Positions 47,096 to 56,210 of a DNA stretch of 64,000 nt are shown here, piece by piece. The DNA lies in contig CAJFLG010000007.1 in the NCBI GenBank assembly GCA_904387325.1, positions 4,069-68,068 on the forward strand, written 5' to 3'. Position numbers and translations under genes: made by a program. The first letter of the stretch is position 1. Every line of letters starts with the position of its first letter. The notes beneath the pieces were generated by a model. The model did not search any database, was not told the origin of the DNA, and saw nothing but the letters and a program-made list of their open reading frames with translations. The stretch is from Candidatus Metalachnospira gallinarum. Lineage in GTDB: Bacteria > Bacillota > Clostridia > Lachnospirales > Anaerotignaceae.

Positions 47096-48190
47096 TTATT
47101 TGTCTGCGTCTTCCTTAGCGGCTACGGGAACTGTCCATCCGAATGTGTCTTCTGCGCGTCCCCACTGGATATCCGTTATGCCTTTGTAAAGCTCATCGCA
47201 AACGGGTCCGATCTCGTTGTTGTTGATGTGGTAGTCAACGCCTTCATAGTGAAGGATTCCGATGGGAGATACAACCGCCGCTGTTCCTGTTCCCCATGCT
47301 TCCTCAAGAGTTCCTTTCTTTACGGCATCGATAACTTCTTCCGCCGTTATAAGTCTTTCTGTTACTTTGTATCCCTTTGACTTAAGATACTCGATAGCGC
47401 TCATTCTTGTTATTCCAGGAAGAACCGAGCCTGTAAGCATGGGTGTTAAGATTTCTCCGTTGATCTTGAACATTACGTTCATTGATCCAACTTCCTCGAT
47501 ATATTTCTGATGAACACCGTCAAGCCAGAGAACCTGTGTAAATCCGTTTTCCTCAGCTACGGCCTCTGCTCTGTTGCTGGCAGCGTAGTTTCCGCCGACC
47601 TTGCAGTCTCCCGTGCCTCCTCTGACGGCACGGACATCATGTTCCTCGATAGCGATTTTAACGGGTTTAAGTCCTTCCTTATAGTAGTTTCCTACAGGAC
47701 AAGTGATTATCATAAATTTAGCTTTTTTGATTGAATGAAGTCCGATGGGCTCGTCGCATCCAAACTCAAAAGGTCTGATGTAAAGAGACTCGCCTTTTTC
47801 AGCGGGAACCCAGTCCTGCTCGAACGCTACAAATCTTTCGATAAGGTCAAGTATCGTGTCGGCGTCAAGATGGGGAAGGCAAAGTCTGTCAATGGATTTC
47901 TCCATACGTTTTGCGTTCTCTGAAGGTCTGAAAAGCTGACATTTTCCATCGGGTCTTCTGTATGCTTTCATTCCCTCGAAAGCGCCTGCGCCGTAGTGAA
48001 GGATTGTTGAGCCGGGATGCATAAGGATGGGTCCGAAAGGAACGATCCTTGCGTCGTGCCAGCCCTGGTCAGCGTCATAGTCCATAATGAACATATGATC
48101 CGTAAAATATGTTCCGAATCCGATTTCCTGACCCTTCTGGGGTTTTGCCTTAGGTGTCTGTGTTCTCTCCACTCTGATGTTCATTTTCAT
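47096..48190 (-). CDS. ilvE: Branched-chain amino acid aminotransferase
   Basis: 364 aa class-IV aminotransferase. YGAGAFEGMKAYR (PLP Lys) and GTGDCKVGGNYAAS motifs. Confidence 0.9.
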   Translation of the reverse strand: MKMNIRVERTQTPKAKPQKGQEIGFGTYFTDHMFIMDYDADQGWHDARIVPFGPILMHPGSTILHYGAGAFEGMKAYRRPDGKCQLFRPSENAKRMEKSIDRLCLPHLDADTILDLIERFVAFEQDWVPAEKGESLYIRPFEFGCDEPIGLHSIKKAKFMIITCPVGNYYKEGLKPVKIAIEEHDVRAVRGGTGDCKVGGNYAASNRAEAVAEENGFTQVLWLDGVHQKYIEEVGSMNVMFKINGEILTPMLTGSVLPGITRMSAIEYLKSKGYKVTERLITAEEVIDAVKKGTLEEAWGTGTAAVVSPIGILHYEGVDYHINNNEIGPVCDELYKGITDIQWGRAEDTFGWTVPVAAKEDADK

Positions 48191-48237
48191 AACAATTATC
48201 TCCTCTCACAAAATGCCTTAATAAAATATAAACTTTA

Positions 48238-48271
48238 ATAAAAAAGCCTGCGGCTATGTAGCCGCAGGCTT
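48238..48271 (-). terminator. Rho-independent terminator upstream of ilvE
   Basis: AAGCCTGCGGCT-ATGT-AGCCGCAGGCTT (12-bp perfect stem) followed on the minus strand by TTTTTTATT. Confidence 0.7.
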
Positions 48272-48324
48272 GAAAAAACTTAAATCAAAAACATCATACA
48301 CTGGTTTGTGTCATATTATGACAC

Positions 48325-48465
48325 TTATATATATAGAAAACTCGTATGTCTGTTATCAACTGTTTTTTCTGCACGACTCATAGCACTAATACTTCTAATA
48401 ATAATAATTAGTGAGCAAATAGCGCTAATAGATAGTGTGCAAATGTATAATCCAGTTGACATCAT
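48325..48465 (-). CDS. Unannotated 46-aa hydrophobic small protein (candidate membrane peptide)
   Basis: AAAGGAGA RBS lies 8 nt before the ATG at 48463-48465. Translation is MMSTGLYICTLSISAICSLIIIIRSISAMSRAEKTVDNRHTSFLYI. An upstream TTGACA, 18 nt, TACTAT with TGt (extended -10) is present. The strong terminator at 48238-48271 lies downstream. The ORF is below the 60-aa cutoff of the track. Confidence 0.4.
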   Translation of the reverse strand: MMSTGLYICTLSISAICSLIIIIRSISAMSRAEKTVDNRHTSFLYI

Positions 48466-48574
48466 ATCGAATTTTCTCCTTTCTTCAATAATTTTTAATT
48501 ATAGTAACACCTATCACAGTTTTTGTCAATAGGTTTTGGAATAAAATTTACGTCATTCCCGAAGGGCTTATATT

Positions 48575-49312
48575 TCAAAGATTTTCCAAAAACATGGCTA
48601 TTCTTCTGAAAGCCTCGTGTCTGCCCTCCGTAAGCACGATATTATGCTCCCCGTGCTCCGGCGTGTATAACTGCTTGTTTTCCGACGATATCCTGTTATA
48701 TATTATTTCGGCGCTTCCCGGATCAGCCACGGCGTCATCCTTAGCCTGCACGATGATTGCCGGGCATTTTATCTGCTCAAGGAAGCCTTCCGCTCCTATG
48801 ACCTTTGTGAGTCTCTCAAGCTCTCCGAAAATCCTTATCGCGATATCCTCATAGTGTATATGATACTGCTTGAACAGTCCGACCTTGCCTTCCATCGGTC
48901 TGTGGAAATATACCTGTTCCGGCGGATAAGTATCTGTCATAAACGTCCCCGGCATAAGGCTGAGCGGAGAAGATATCGGAATAATTCCGGCCATATCCGG
49001 ATGTTTTGCCGCAAGATAAAGCGAAAGACATCCTCCCGTGGAAAGCCCTCCGACATAAACCGTATCAAAACTCTTTTTTAAATAGGCGTAGTCGCTTTCA
49101 GCCTTCGCTATAAAGTCCTCGCAGTCGGTATGGAGAAGCTCTTCGGGAAATGTTCCGTGTCCGGCAAGATTTACGCACCACACAGAATATCCGTAATCAT
49201 TGAGAAATTTCGCCATAGGTATCATCTGCGCCGCTCCCGATGTTATACCGTGGATAAGCAGTATCGCCTTGCCGTTATCTCCTGAAAAAAACACCTGATC
49301 ATTTGTCCGCAT
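48575..49312 (-). CDS. Alpha/beta hydrolase (carboxylesterase/monoacylglycerol lipase-like)
   Basis: 245 aa. HGITSG oxyanion region, GLSTGG nucleophile elbow, and a C-terminal His (EHGEHN). Confidence 0.8.
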   Translation of the reverse strand: MRTNDQVFFSGDNGKAILLIHGITSGAAQMIPMAKFLNDYGYSVWCVNLAGHGTFPEELLHTDCEDFIAKAESDYAYLKKSFDTVYVGGLSTGGCLSLYLAAKHPDMAGIIPISSPLSLMPGTFMTDTYPPEQVYFHRPMEGKVGLFKQYHIHYEDIAIRIFGELERLTKVIGAEGFLEQIKCPAIIVQAKDDAVADPGSAEIIYNRISSENKQLYTPEHGEHNIVLTEGRHEAFRRIAMFLENL

Positions 49313-49482
49313 ATCAATATCTCTCCCTTCAAAACAGCAATAATATTTTCTTAAATCGATTTTATCATCCCGGCAGGTCTGTTGTCCATATATTTATGCT
49401 TTAAAGGCTGTCATATCCTTGCCGTGGACACTAAAAATGTTATATAATAGGGACAAGCTGAAATACATAAGGAGGAGATTTT

Positions 49483-50091
49483 TTGAGCGATAATGATCTT
49501 AAAACCAATGATTTGGACTTAAACGATCCAAAGGATTTTAACGGTGAAGCACCGGATGATATCAATGAGAACGATAGCCTTCCTGATGAGGACGCTGTCA
49601 CGAGTAAAGACGATTCCGGAAGCACCGGCGGTAACGACTATAGTTACGGCGGCAATACGCCTAATAACGACGCCATGTATAAGGCGGCCGTAAAAAAACA
49701 CACAAGAACCATCATCATTGAGATACTCGTGATTTCAAGCCTTATCAACGGCGGCTTTTTCCCCATAATAAATCTCAATCCAGATAATCCTGTTGACATC
49801 GGCCTTCTGCGTCTGTTCCTTATCGCGGTCGCAGTAGCTTATCAGGCGGAAGCCGGTTCCCTCGAAAGTCTGGCGTTTGCCAAGTCTCCGATGATCAAGA
49901 TCTGGGGCTTCAATCTTCTGCCGTCTCTCATAGGCATGGTCTGCCGTTATTTTATCGAGTTCGGAGAGGTGTCAAACACATATAATTTCACCGTGCCCAA
50001 CATTCTCGCGCAGGCGCTCATACTGTCGCTTATTCCAACGGTTGTCTGCTTCTTTACAAAGAAAAGGCGCGCGAAAAAACGCTCGGCATAA
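49483..50091 (+). CDS. Hypothetical membrane protein with an acidic, disordered N-terminus
   Basis: 202 aa. TTG start with AAGGAGGAG 5 nt upstream. The N-terminal 70 aa are D/N/S-rich, followed by about 4 TM segments. No family was recognised. Confidence 0.5.
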   Translation: MSDNDLKTNDLDLNDPKDFNGEAPDDINENDSLPDEDAVTSKDDSGSTGGNDYSYGGNTPNNDAMYKAAVKKHTRTIIIEILVISSLINGGFFPIINLNPDNPVDIGLLRLFLIAVAVAYQAEAGSLESLAFAKSPMIKIWGFNLLPSLIGMVCRYFIEFGEVSNTYNFTVPNILAQALILSLIPTVVCFFTKKRRAKKRSA

Positions 50092-50106
50092 AAACGGGGT
50101 CATATT

Positions 50107-50739
50107 ATGTGCGTGATAAAAACCTCCGGCGGGCTTAGTTTTATGGACTTGATCAGCTATCCCGAAACGGAGATAAAAGAAAACGAATTTACGTTTATCA
50201 CCGGAGAAAGCGGCTGCGGCAAAAGCTCGTTTCTGCGTCTTTTGAACGCCACAGCCATACCCGTATCCGGAGAAATATATTACAGAGGAAAAGACATAAG
50301 AGTTCTGCCCGTCCTTGACTACAGAAGGAAGGTTCTTCTGGCCCCGCAGGAGGTATTCCTGTTTGATGGCACAATAGCCGAAAACTTCAATATATACAGA
50401 AAATATTGCGGGAAGGCGCCCTTGCGTCCGTCGGAGGCCGCGGGATTTCTTGATGTCTGCTGCGCGGATTTTCCCGTTGACGCGGTTTGCAGGACTCTTT
50501 CGGGAGGAGAAAAACAGAGGGTGTTTCTTTCAATATTCCTTTCCTGTATGCCGGACGTCCTTCTTCTCGACGAGCCCACGTCAGCCCTTGACGAAAAAAC
50601 GTCGGAGCGCCTTATGTCAAATCTTAAGGAATTTTGCAAATCGAAGAAAATCACACCGGTCATCGTCTGTCATAACAGCGATCTTGTGGATAAATTTGCC
50701 GACAAGGTCATAAAATTCGGAAGGAGCGGGGTACAATGA
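50107..50739 (+). CDS. fetA: ABC transporter ATP-binding protein, FetA/YbbL-like
   Basis: 210 aa. Walker A GESGCGKSS, signature SGGEKQR, Walker B LLLDEP. Overlaps the UPF0014 permease gene. Confidence 0.75.
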   Translation: MCVIKTSGGLSFMDLISYPETEIKENEFTFITGESGCGKSSFLRLLNATAIPVSGEIYYRGKDIRVLPVLDYRRKVLLAPQEVFLFDGTIAENFNIYRKYCGKAPLRPSEAAGFLDVCCADFPVDAVCRTLSGGEKQRVFLSIFLSCMPDVLLLDEPTSALDEKTSERLMSNLKEFCKSKKITPVIVCHNSDLVDKFADKVIKFGRSGVQ

Positions 50740-51515
50740 ACGGCGGCATCGTGAAACTGCAGCTGGATCAGTTTCTTCTTATATATGTCCTTTTGATAAT
50801 AACAACCATAGTAATGAAAAAATGCCGTGTGAACCAGACAAAGCAGCTCGTGGCGGCGAGCATAAAAATGACGGTTCAGCTTATCATCGCCGGTCTGATA
50901 CTCACATATATTTTCGGCAACCCTCACCCTGTGTTCACATTGGCCTATCTGGCGGCCATGACCGCCTTTTCGATACACAGGGCAGTCTCAAAAAACAGAG
51001 ATCTCAACCGCAGGTTCAAACTTGCCATAGGTCTGTCCATAGCTCTTTCCGGTATGCTTGTTATCATATTTTTTATATGCGCGGTAGTGAGGGAAGATAT
51101 TTTTAACCCGCAGTATGTCATACCCATTTCGGGAATGATAATGGGAAATACAATGACCGGAGTATCTCTGGGTGTCAAGTCATTCAGAGAGACTCTCCTT
51201 GACCAGAGAGCTAAGATAAATGCTCTCACCTGCATAGGAGCGTCGCCGAGGGACATACTTCTGCCCTTTGTGCGGCAGTCGCTGGAAACCGCCCTGCTTC
51301 CGACGATCAATTCCATGGTCGGAATGGGCATAGTGTCCCTGCCCGGTATGATGACCGGACAGATACTTGCGGGCACAATGCCTCTTACGGCCATACTTTA
51401 TCAGATCTCGATGATGATAGCCATTTGCACGTCAGTAACCGCGGCCTGCTTCAGCTCATTATATCTGGGATATAAAACGCTTTATGACCCGAAGGAGCAA
51501 ATAATAAACATATAA
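50736..51515 (+). CDS. fetB: ABC transporter permease, FetB/YbbM (UPF0014) family
   Basis: 259 aa polytopic protein. The pattern GMIMGNTM...LPGMMTGQILAG is typical of FetB. Confidence 0.8.
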   Translation: MNGGIVKLQLDQFLLIYVLLIITTIVMKKCRVNQTKQLVAASIKMTVQLIIAGLILTYIFGNPHPVFTLAYLAAMTAFSIHRAVSKNRDLNRRFKLAIGLSIALSGMLVIIFFICAVVREDIFNPQYVIPISGMIMGNTMTGVSLGVKSFRETLLDQRAKINALTCIGASPRDILLPFVRQSLETALLPTINSMVGMGIVSLPGMMTGQILAGTMPLTAILYQISMMIAICTSVTAACFSSLYLGYKTLYDPKEQIINI

Positions 51516-51547
51516 CGAATCGAAAGGCTTTTTAACGGAGGCTAAAA

Positions 51548-52129
51548 ATGAAGGATAAACCGCTTTTTGACCTTTTCTGGTCATTTTTCAAAATAGGACT
51601 TTTCACATTTGGCGGAGGATATGCCATGATACCGCTTATTGAGGAGGTTTGCGTGGAAAACAAGGGATGGATAACCAGCGACGAGCTCTCCACCGTAACG
51701 GCCATCGCCGAATCCACGCCGGGCCCCATTGCCATAAACTGCGCCACATACACCGGATATATGCGGGGCGGCTTCGCGGGGGCGCTCAGCTCCACCTTCG
51801 GCGTAGTCCTGCCGTCGTTTATAATCATTTACCTCATTTCCATATTTTTTGACGATTTTCTTTCAATAACGATAATCGCCAACGCATTCAAGGGCATAAA
51901 GATCGGAGTGGGTCTTCTCATTCTGCAGGCCGGACTTAATATGTCCAAAAAGATGAAGCTCAGCGGTCTGTCGCTTTTCATACTCATAGCTTCCTGCGCG
52001 GCTCTGCTTGTTATTAATTTTGCCGGAGCGAGCTTTTCGACGGTATATTTCCTCATTATCGCCGGAATATTCAGCGTCTCCGTATATGAGATAAAACGCA
52101 GGATTTCAAAGGGAGGTGCGGATAAATGA
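51548..52129 (+). CDS. chrA: Chromate transporter family protein (half-size, first of a pair)
   Basis: 193 aa. FKIGLFTFGGGYAMIPL...ESTPGPIAIN is the CHR signature. Confidence 0.85.
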   Translation: MKDKPLFDLFWSFFKIGLFTFGGGYAMIPLIEEVCVENKGWITSDELSTVTAIAESTPGPIAINCATYTGYMRGGFAGALSSTFGVVLPSFIIIYLISIFFDDFLSITIIANAFKGIKIGVGLLILQAGLNMSKKMKLSGLSLFILIASCAALLVINFAGASFSTVYFLIIAGIFSVSVYEIKRRISKGGADK

Positions 52130-52680
52130 TATATCTTGACCTTCTCATCGGATTTTTGAAAGTCGGCCTGTTTTCCTTCGGCGGAGCCTATGGCGCCATA
52201 CCTTTGATCCGTGACGTCGTATTGTCTTACGGATGGCTGGACGACGAGATGCTGACCTATTTTATCGCCGTCAGTGAAAGCACCCCCGGCCCTATAATGG
52301 TAAATCTGGCCACCTACATCGGCAGTTCCCAGGGCGGTATCCTTGGTTCGGCCATAGCCACGGCGGCTGTTGTTCTTCCGGCCTTTGTCATAATACTGCT
52401 CATAGTAGTTATACTTAAAAATATTCTTGACAATCCGTATGTGCAGGCTGTGCTTGACGGAATAAAGCCCTGTATTGTCGGCATTATCGCAGCCACCGGC
52501 CTTGAGATGATATTTCAAAACTGTTTTCAGGGCTCTGTCCTTGATGTCCGAGCCGTTATACTTACGGCGATCCTCGGGGCTGTCGTTATAATTTACAGAA
52601 GGGCGAAAAAGAAAAATTTTCCTCCCATAAGACTTATAGTCATCTCCGCAGTGCTTGGCATAGCGGCATATTCGTTATGA
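52126..52680 (+). CDS. chrA: Chromate transporter family protein (half-size, second of a pair)
   Basis: 184 aa. LKVGLFSFGGAYGAIPL...ESTPGPIMVN. ATGA overlap with the first half. Confidence 0.85.
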   Translation: MIYLDLLIGFLKVGLFSFGGAYGAIPLIRDVVLSYGWLDDEMLTYFIAVSESTPGPIMVNLATYIGSSQGGILGSAIATAAVVLPAFVIILLIVVILKNILDNPYVQAVLDGIKPCIVGIIAATGLEMIFQNCFQGSVLDVRAVILTAILGAVVIIYRRAKKKNFPPIRLIVISAVLGIAAYSL

Positions 52681-52698
52681 TCTGTTCAATATAAAATT

Positions 52699-52736
52699 AC
52701 GGCGTCCAAGGGTTTTATACCGGACGCCGTTTTTAT
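52699..52736 (+). terminator. Rho-independent terminator after chrA
   Basis: ACGGCGTCC ... GGACGCCGT followed by TTTTTAT. Confidence 0.65.
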
Positions 52737-52758
52737 ATTTTATTAATTAACTTTGAAA

Positions 52759-53109
52759 TCAGCCTAAAATTACGAAAAATACGAAAATCAGCAATGTAAT
52801 GGCTGCCGTCACATATATAAGCTCTCTTTTTACGGATTTGAGCTCAATATCATAAAATCCAAGCATCACCGGGTCATTGCCATTTATGGCCCTGTTTTTT
52901 CTCTTTAAAAAGACAAGCAGTAAAACAGCCCCTATGACGAGCAGTATTATGCCTATAATCGCTTCCATATCGGAAACACTGCCGGCCGTGAGGCAAATAA
53001 TAACCTGCAGCGCCACATTCAAGGCCCGCCTCTTCTTTTTTGGATGCAGTTCATTTCCCTCTTTCATATTTCTCAGCATATTGAAATATTCCGTACAAAC
53101 AGTTATCAA
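52759..53109 (-). CDS. Hypothetical small membrane protein
   Basis: 116-aa ORF with 2-3 predicted TM segments. The start is uncertain and no family was recognised. Confidence 0.4.
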   Translation of the reverse strand: MITVCTEYFNMLRNMKEGNELHPKKKRRALNVALQVIICLTAGSVSDMEAIIGIILLVIGAVLLLVFLKRKNRAINGNDPVMLGFYDIELKSVKRELIYVTAAITLLIFVFFVILG

Positions 53110-53284
53110 TATGGCAGCTATGTATTAAAACAAAGCATATCCTGTCCATAATATCACCTCGTTGTATATTCGAGACAAAATTTTCCGGATATTTACTGTA
53201 ATTTTAAGTCCATAACTATATGATGCTGCTAACAATACATATAGTATACCATATTTTATAATCATATCAGCTTTTAACCCAATG

Positions 53285-53313
53285 AAAAAGCCCGTTCGCT
53301 GTTATGAACGGGC
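53285..53313 (-). terminator. Terminator overlapping the 3' end of the thioesterase gene
   Basis: Minus strand: GCCCGTTC-N8-GAACGGGC followed by TTTTTC. The 5' arm lies in the last codons of the CDS. Confidence 0.55.
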
Positions 53314-53733
53314 AGATTTATAATCTTCGGCTTCTTTTCTGAGTATGGCGTCAAATTCCGGAAATTTCTTCCTTAGAGCGACCGGTATGCCTTTCGAGTC
53401 TATAAAGCAGTGGGATGACCTTCCTGTAAACACAAGCTCTCCCGTTTCCGCGTTGGTCATTTTATAAATTATGACCAGCTTTACTCCTGTATACTGCTCC
53501 AGGGCAACCTCTATTCTGACGTCATCGTCAAACGTCGTCGGATGTTTGTACTGGCACTCCAATGACACTACCGGAGAAGTAACGCCTTCCTTTTCCAGTC
53601 TTCTTATGCCGTATCCGGCATTTTTAAGGAAGTCCGTTCTTGCCTCCTCCATCCATCTTACATAATTTGAATGATGGGTTATGCCCATTTTATCCGTCTC
53701 ATAATATTTAACGCTGTGAATATATGTATGCAT
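53302..53733 (-). CDS. Acyl-CoA thioesterase, 4HBT/YbgC family
   Basis: 143 aa. VKYYETDKMGITHHSNYVRWMEEAR is the hot-dog thioesterase signature. Confidence 0.85.
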   Translation of the reverse strand: MHTYIHSVKYYETDKMGITHHSNYVRWMEEARTDFLKNAGYGIRRLEKEGVTSPVVSLECQYKHPTTFDDDVRIEVALEQYTGVKLVIIYKMTNAETGELVFTGRSSHCFIDSKGIPVALRKKFPEFDAILRKEAEDYKSARS

Positions 53734-53745
53734 GGTATTTCCTCT

Positions 53746-55737
53746 TTAATTTTGATGTAAAATATTGCCTGTAAGTTCCGCCAAAGTGTTTTCGCCCCAG
53801 CTGTAATTTGTAAGATAGCTTCCTTTGAAGAGCTGGGAATATTCCTCCTTGCCGGAAAGATAATCATAAAGATCGCATTTGACCTTTTCCGTAACGATAC
53901 GGCGTTTTCCGTCCACCGTTTCCATCACGTCCTGTATTCCGTATTCCTCAAGGGTGTTTTTAAGTCTCAGAGCAACCTTTCGGTATCTGGCCAAAGTAAC
54001 TGGATTGACCGGTTCATCCTCCCAAAGGAAACTTATGGCTTCCTCCGATGAGACAAATCCTCCCCTTCTGTCAACCAGCATCGCGAAAAGCTCTTTGGCC
54101 TTTTTGTTTCTGAACGCGACAGCCCTTTCTCCTATAAACACGTCAAAGTATCCAAATGTTCTTATTGTAACGATATGTCCGTCGGTATTTTTAGGCTCAC
54201 TCTCGTCCACGTTGTAAAGCATAATGTATCTCGGAGACGATGAACTCGGCGATTTCTGGGAACATATGGCTTTTATCCGCCTTTCCCTGTTTGTTCTAAA
54301 ATCGAAATATGTAAACTCCGCCTCTCCGGTTTTCAGAAGTCTGGCGATCTCGTCATATGAAGCCCCGCTTTTGGCGACAAAGTCCTTTATCGGCGTGCTC
54401 TGTTTCATAAGCGGCATCCATTCGTCCTTTGTAAATCCAAAAAATCCGCATACGTTGTCGCTGGCGTAAAGCGGCGTAACGTAACTGTCTTTCACCTCAA
54501 AGGCGGCAACCCCGTCGGTAAAGTTCTTGACAATCTTTTGCATATCTTCCTTAAGCGAAACATTCTCGCTTCTCAGACCCTCTGTTTCGGTCGGATCCTG
54601 TATGTTTCTGCAGCAGTACAGCGATACGGAGCTGTCCATTTTAAGAAAGATCCCGCTGTAACTTTTTATTTCACCGCTTGACGAGCGCGCTCTGTAAGTT
54701 ATTCCCGGAGGTCTTGAATCCGGCCCAGAGAGCTTTTTGCGGCAGAAATCCCTGAAAAAGGCTCTGAGCCTTTCCCTGTCCTCATCCACCACGGTGCCGG
54801 AAATCCATTTTTCCGTGGCTTCTTCCATCTGCATCGGTATGTTCTCGAGCCATTTGAACATGGGAGAGTTATTGCTGTAGAGACATTTGACAGTGTTGGC
54901 TCCAAGGTCATACTCAAATATCTTATCGTAAACATCCGTCAGCGCCTTGATATATCTTTTTGTCTCGTTTTCTTTCTGTGCCTGATGCCTTTCCGTCATA
55001 TCTATGCAGACGCTTCGGAATTCATCTTCGCCCTGCTCATTGACACACTTCGAGACCCATCCGAATACATGCGCCCTCGTTCCGTCGCAACGCAGAAGCG
55101 TCATCTCGCCTGAAATAGGTTCCCCGGCGCTGTATACCCGGTTAAGATACATGGAAAACATGTGTCTTTCCTCCATCGGGACCATAAGGAATATGTTGTC
55201 GCTGAAAAGCTCGAAATAATCCATTTCGCCCTCTTTTGTTTCCGGTATGCGCATAAGCTCCTTCATCTGTCTGTTCATATATGTTATCCTGGGCTGTTTT
55301 TCGCATGTATATTTTAAAAATCCGCAGGGTATGGCCTCGTTAAGAAATTTAAGGTTCTCGTTCTGTTTTTTGATCTCCGAAATATCCGTCAAAACAGAAT
55401 ATCCGGCCATACTTCCGTCTTCAAGTCTCTTTACCGTCATGGAATCCATCACATAAATAACAGTGCCGTCTTTTCTTACAAGACGATATTCCGACTTTAT
55501 ATTCTGCTCGGCGCTTCCGGCTTTCTTTAAAAATTCCATGTACGCTTCCCTGTCATCCCTATATACAAACGCGAGATACGGGTCCGTGACGCCGTCGCTT
55601 TTAAGCTCATCGGCTTCGGCTCCGAGCATACCGCTAAGGCCGGCGCCCGCATAGCATATATGCGCCGGCTCATCAAGCGCGTATTGATGAAATCCGCTTA
55701 TACCGTATTCAAGTATGTAATCCATGTTTTCAAGCAT
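53746..55737 (-). CDS. One-component regulator: multiple PAS-like domains plus a C-terminal OmpR/SARP-type winged-helix DNA-binding domain
   Basis: Repeated PAS-like blocks (EYRLVRKDGTVIYV, LLRCDGTRAHVFGW). The C-terminus is IRTFGYFDVFIGERAVAFRNKKAKELFAMLV...FLWEDE, followed by a BTAD-like start. No receiver domain. GGGGAG lies before the ATG at 55735-55737. Confidence 0.65.
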   Translation of the reverse strand: MLENMDYILEYGISGFHQYALDEPAHICYAGAGLSGMLGAEADELKSDGVTDPYLAFVYRDDREAYMEFLKKAGSAEQNIKSEYRLVRKDGTVIYVMDSMTVKRLEDGSMAGYSVLTDISEIKKQNENLKFLNEAIPCGFLKYTCEKQPRITYMNRQMKELMRIPETKEGEMDYFELFSDNIFLMVPMEERHMFSMYLNRVYSAGEPISGEMTLLRCDGTRAHVFGWVSKCVNEQGEDEFRSVCIDMTERHQAQKENETKRYIKALTDVYDKIFEYDLGANTVKCLYSNNSPMFKWLENIPMQMEEATEKWISGTVVDEDRERLRAFFRDFCRKKLSGPDSRPPGITYRARSSSGEIKSYSGIFLKMDSSVSLYCCRNIQDPTETEGLRSENVSLKEDMQKIVKNFTDGVAAFEVKDSYVTPLYASDNVCGFFGFTKDEWMPLMKQSTPIKDFVAKSGASYDEIARLLKTGEAEFTYFDFRTNRERRIKAICSQKSPSSSSPRYIMLYNVDESEPKNTDGHIVTIRTFGYFDVFIGERAVAFRNKKAKELFAMLVDRRGGFVSSEEAISFLWEDEPVNPVTLARYRKVALRLKNTLEEYGIQDVMETVDGKRRIVTEKVKCDLYDYLSGKEEYSQLFKGSYLTNYSWGENTLAELTGNILHQN

Positions 55738-55836
55738 ATTTATTTCTCCCCTAACGCTCGGACAGGCACTGTCCGGCGCAGAATAAGGCACCACAAAATC
55801 AGATTACATTATACCATATTTTTTTATAAAGTAAAC

Positions 55837-56199
55837 TTATTCAATAACAGAAAAAGCGACAGCCGTATTCCGTTCATGGGAAACGCTCAAATAAATGTTT
55901 TCGCATCCGGTTTTGCCGAAAACCTCCAGAGCTCCCCCATACAGCTGAACACAGGGCCTGCCGTTTTTGTCTTTCAATATTTCTATGTCTTTTGGAGAAA
56001 ATCCTGAAAAGCCCGTTCCAAGCGCCTTGCTGACGGCCTCCTTCGCCGCCCACATTCCCGCGGCGCTTTGAGCGGAGCTGCCGTTTTTGATCAGCTCGCG
56101 CTCATTGGGTGTAAACACCTTTTCAAGGAATCTTTCTTTCTCCATCGCCCGCTCCATGCGGGAAACGTCGATAATGTCGCATCCAATACCTTTTATCAT
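55837..56199 (-). CDS. acpS: Holo-[acyl-carrier-protein] synthase
   Basis: 120 aa. MIKGIGCDIIDVSRMERA...AAKEAVSKALGTG. GAGGTG RBS. The longer track ORF (to 56298) overlaps the upstream gene. Confidence 0.9.
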   Translation of the reverse strand: MIKGIGCDIIDVSRMERAMEKERFLEKVFTPNERELIKNGSSAQSAAGMWAAKEAVSKALGTGFSGFSPKDIEILKDKNGRPCVQLYGGALEVFGKTGCENIYLSVSHERNTAVAFSVIE

Positions 56200-56210
56200 A
56201 AAGCACCTCG

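Noticed and set aside
48308-48532. 74-aa plus-strand ORF from the track.
   Set aside because: It has no RBS and an Ile/Leu/Ser-rich low-complexity translation. It is antisense to a better-supported small ORF that has a promoter, an RBS and a terminator.
51548-52680. Two adjacent half-length chromate transporter genes as a frameshifted pseudogene.
   Set aside because: Both halves carry their own complete CHR signature (FGG.Y..IPL...ESTPGP) and are translationally coupled by ATGA. Paired short ChrA genes are a known normal arrangement.
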